Below are positions 8,736 through 10,513 of a stretch of 10,513 nt of DNA, one piece after another. Each line of letters starts with the position of its first letter. Positions within the stretch are counted from its first letter, which is position 1. Location of the stretch: positions 5,023 to 15,535 of the forward strand of contig NW_002061017.1 in the NCBI RefSeq assembly GCF_000150275.1, given 5' to 3'. The DNA comes from Trichoplax adhaerens (taxonomy: Eukaryota; Animalia; Placozoa). A program made the translations under genes and the position numbers. Under the pieces are notes generated by a model. The model did not search any database and was not told the DNA's origin. It saw only the letters and a list, made by a program, of their open reading frames with translations.

Positions 8736-10059
8736 CATGTAGATTTGATAACCTAAAATAAGTTATATATCTGAAAGATAAATGTAATATATCACTAAAG
8801 TAAGACCATGTAGAAATGATGCCAAAGCTCAAGCAGTTATGCTGATGTTTACGGCATAATGTTACTACCAACGTAATAGCGAATGCAATGACTACCGCTT
8901 TAATTTTTGTATGAAAATGAATTGGAACTATAATGGAAAAATAATGGTCATAATTGTGATTCATGACAAGTTATTAAATATAAGTAGTTAACTCGTCGGG
9001 ATCCAATGATGAAATTAATTCTGGAAATTAACGTTACCCACAAATAAACTTACAATTAACATCTACTTTGCCGACTAGATTCCCATTTTCTGGTGTTTGC
9101 TTTATAATATTACCTACGTTATTTCCTTTTTAAATAATCTAAAAAATTAAAGAATATTAGGTAATTGTATCATGTACATTTTTATATACAATAAAGTCTA
9201 TTCTTAATATAAATTAGTTTTTACTAAGCTATAACATAATTCTATTACGTATGATCAATAGTTAATCATTTATTCAGTAAAATTCAATTTATGCTTTAGT
9301 TCGATTTTACCTTGGAAATACACGAAAATAGAAATAAGCAATTCCTGTTATTCTTTCGTGTTTATAAATCTTACTCTCCTGCTGTTCTTCCTACATTATA
9401 AAATTAATTCTTAAGCATCTATCTCGTTGATTGTGCTAGTTACGTGACAAGCTCGTAACCTTTATCTATTCCATTTTGCTATTGCTATTCGACTAGATCA
9501 CGTCTTTTATCTGTTGTATAATATTACGCGATTTCCTCTAAAGCTGGCTGCAATAAAAACCATTGTTTCACTTCTTTATCCGTCGTTATTTGTTTCTGAT
9601 ACGACTACTAGCAATATTCCAAAATATTAGATCTAGCTTAAAATCTAAAATATTCTCTAAATAATTTATCGTTCATTAGTTACATTGCTGATGAATTTAG
9701 ATTGATCAACCTACAATACCATACTAAGTCAAGAATTTCCTTTATACTTCTGCTTGCAATTTTGTATTAATTCGAATACAGTATCAATGAATTTATTCAT
9801 ACCGTATAGAATTGACGTTAGAATTTAGCAAAATTTATTTTAAATATTACTACACACGCTATAAGCAATTCCAGTAGACAAATTTCAATCACAGCACGAA
9901 GGACCGACATCTATACGCTTTAATGTTACGCCGTTGTGTATAAAGACTATATATTTCGGTCCTAATATCGATATTCTTTATTCATGTACACCATTATTCT
10001 TTACATTAAACATAATACAGATTAGAAGAATAGAAATCATTGCATGTATATAGAATATC

Positions 10060-10513
10060 GGATTTTGGCCGTAACATATATATGTTACAATTAATCTTAA
10101 AAGTACCATTAAAAATTATTGTAGTAACTGATCCGTAACTTGCTGAATATGCTTTCAAATATTTAACAAATATGAACAAAATACACTAATTTCCAATTAA
10201 TAGTATATTGAATTTCAGAGCATAATAATTTTAATTATCTATTAATTCTACGGATATTTGCTCTACTATCTGTGAAGACCAACAATTATATTCTCAGGTG
10301 GGCCAATGATATTTAAACTGTCGAAATTGGTTGCAAAATATAAAATATCAGATGTAGTAGAAAGGTAATTTAAAACATTCGAGAGGATAGGAATACCCTG
10401 CTAAATACTTGCCGATAGAGGTACAGATGTTATGTCAGCAATACTGGATGAAATATACGATACATTACACATAAAAGGAATTGCAACATCCGCCTATCAT
10501 CCACAAACGAAGG
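10060..10513 (+). mobile_element. Degenerate Ty3/Gypsy-type DDE integrase (rve core) fragment, truncated by the window end
   Basis: Frame from 10321 reads SKLVAKYKISDVVER*FKTFERIGIPC*ILADRGTDVMSAILDEIYDTLHIKGIATSAYHPQTK(G). This matches the integrase motifs GIPxxILxDxGxxF/MxS (second catalytic D at 10414-10416) and TSAYHPQxNG. Upstream in the same frame are FWP (10063-10071) and IKNYCSN*SVTC (zinc-finger Cys region; TGA at 10129 probably a former Cys). TDI (10250-10258) and NNYIL (10281-10295) lie in shifted frames. Stops at 10366 and 10402. The left boundary is uncertain. Confidence 0.88.

Noticed and set aside
8728-8964. 78-aa minus-strand ORF as a real CDS
   Set aside because: No family recognised; it appears to read through intron-like sequence and is treated only as part of a possible relic.
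1-10513. CRISPR array, rRNA or prokaryotic operon
   Set aside because: No regularly spaced repeat-spacer array, no rRNA motifs, very low coding density and animal-type gene content.

Overview
AT-rich, apparently animal genomic DNA with no intact protein-coding gene; it reads as a graveyard of dead receptor genes and LTR-retrotransposon remnants. The best-supported features are: (1) an intronless class A (rhodopsin-like) GPCR pseudogene on the minus strand (~6557-5598), reconstructed by hand across 3 in-frame TAG stops and 4 frameshifts, of which two ORF-track ORFs are fragments; (2) three different solo LTRs (397-1039, 1959-2575, 7699-8057), each with TGT..ACA-type termini, a 5-bp target-site duplication (one imperfect) and the same TATA / polyA-like hexamer / initiator layout; (3) a degenerate Ty3/Gypsy-type DDE integrase running off the right edge. 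Weaker features are a distorted tRNA-Arg(TCT)-like cloverleaf (4972-5063), a diverged 154-bp-period repeat that may be relic LRR exons, and a 224-N gap flanked exactly by a 5-bp direct repeat. The organism cannot be determined from the sequence; the GPCR style is reminiscent of the expanded placozoan GPCR families (inference only). All translations and alignments were done by eye and no searches were run.
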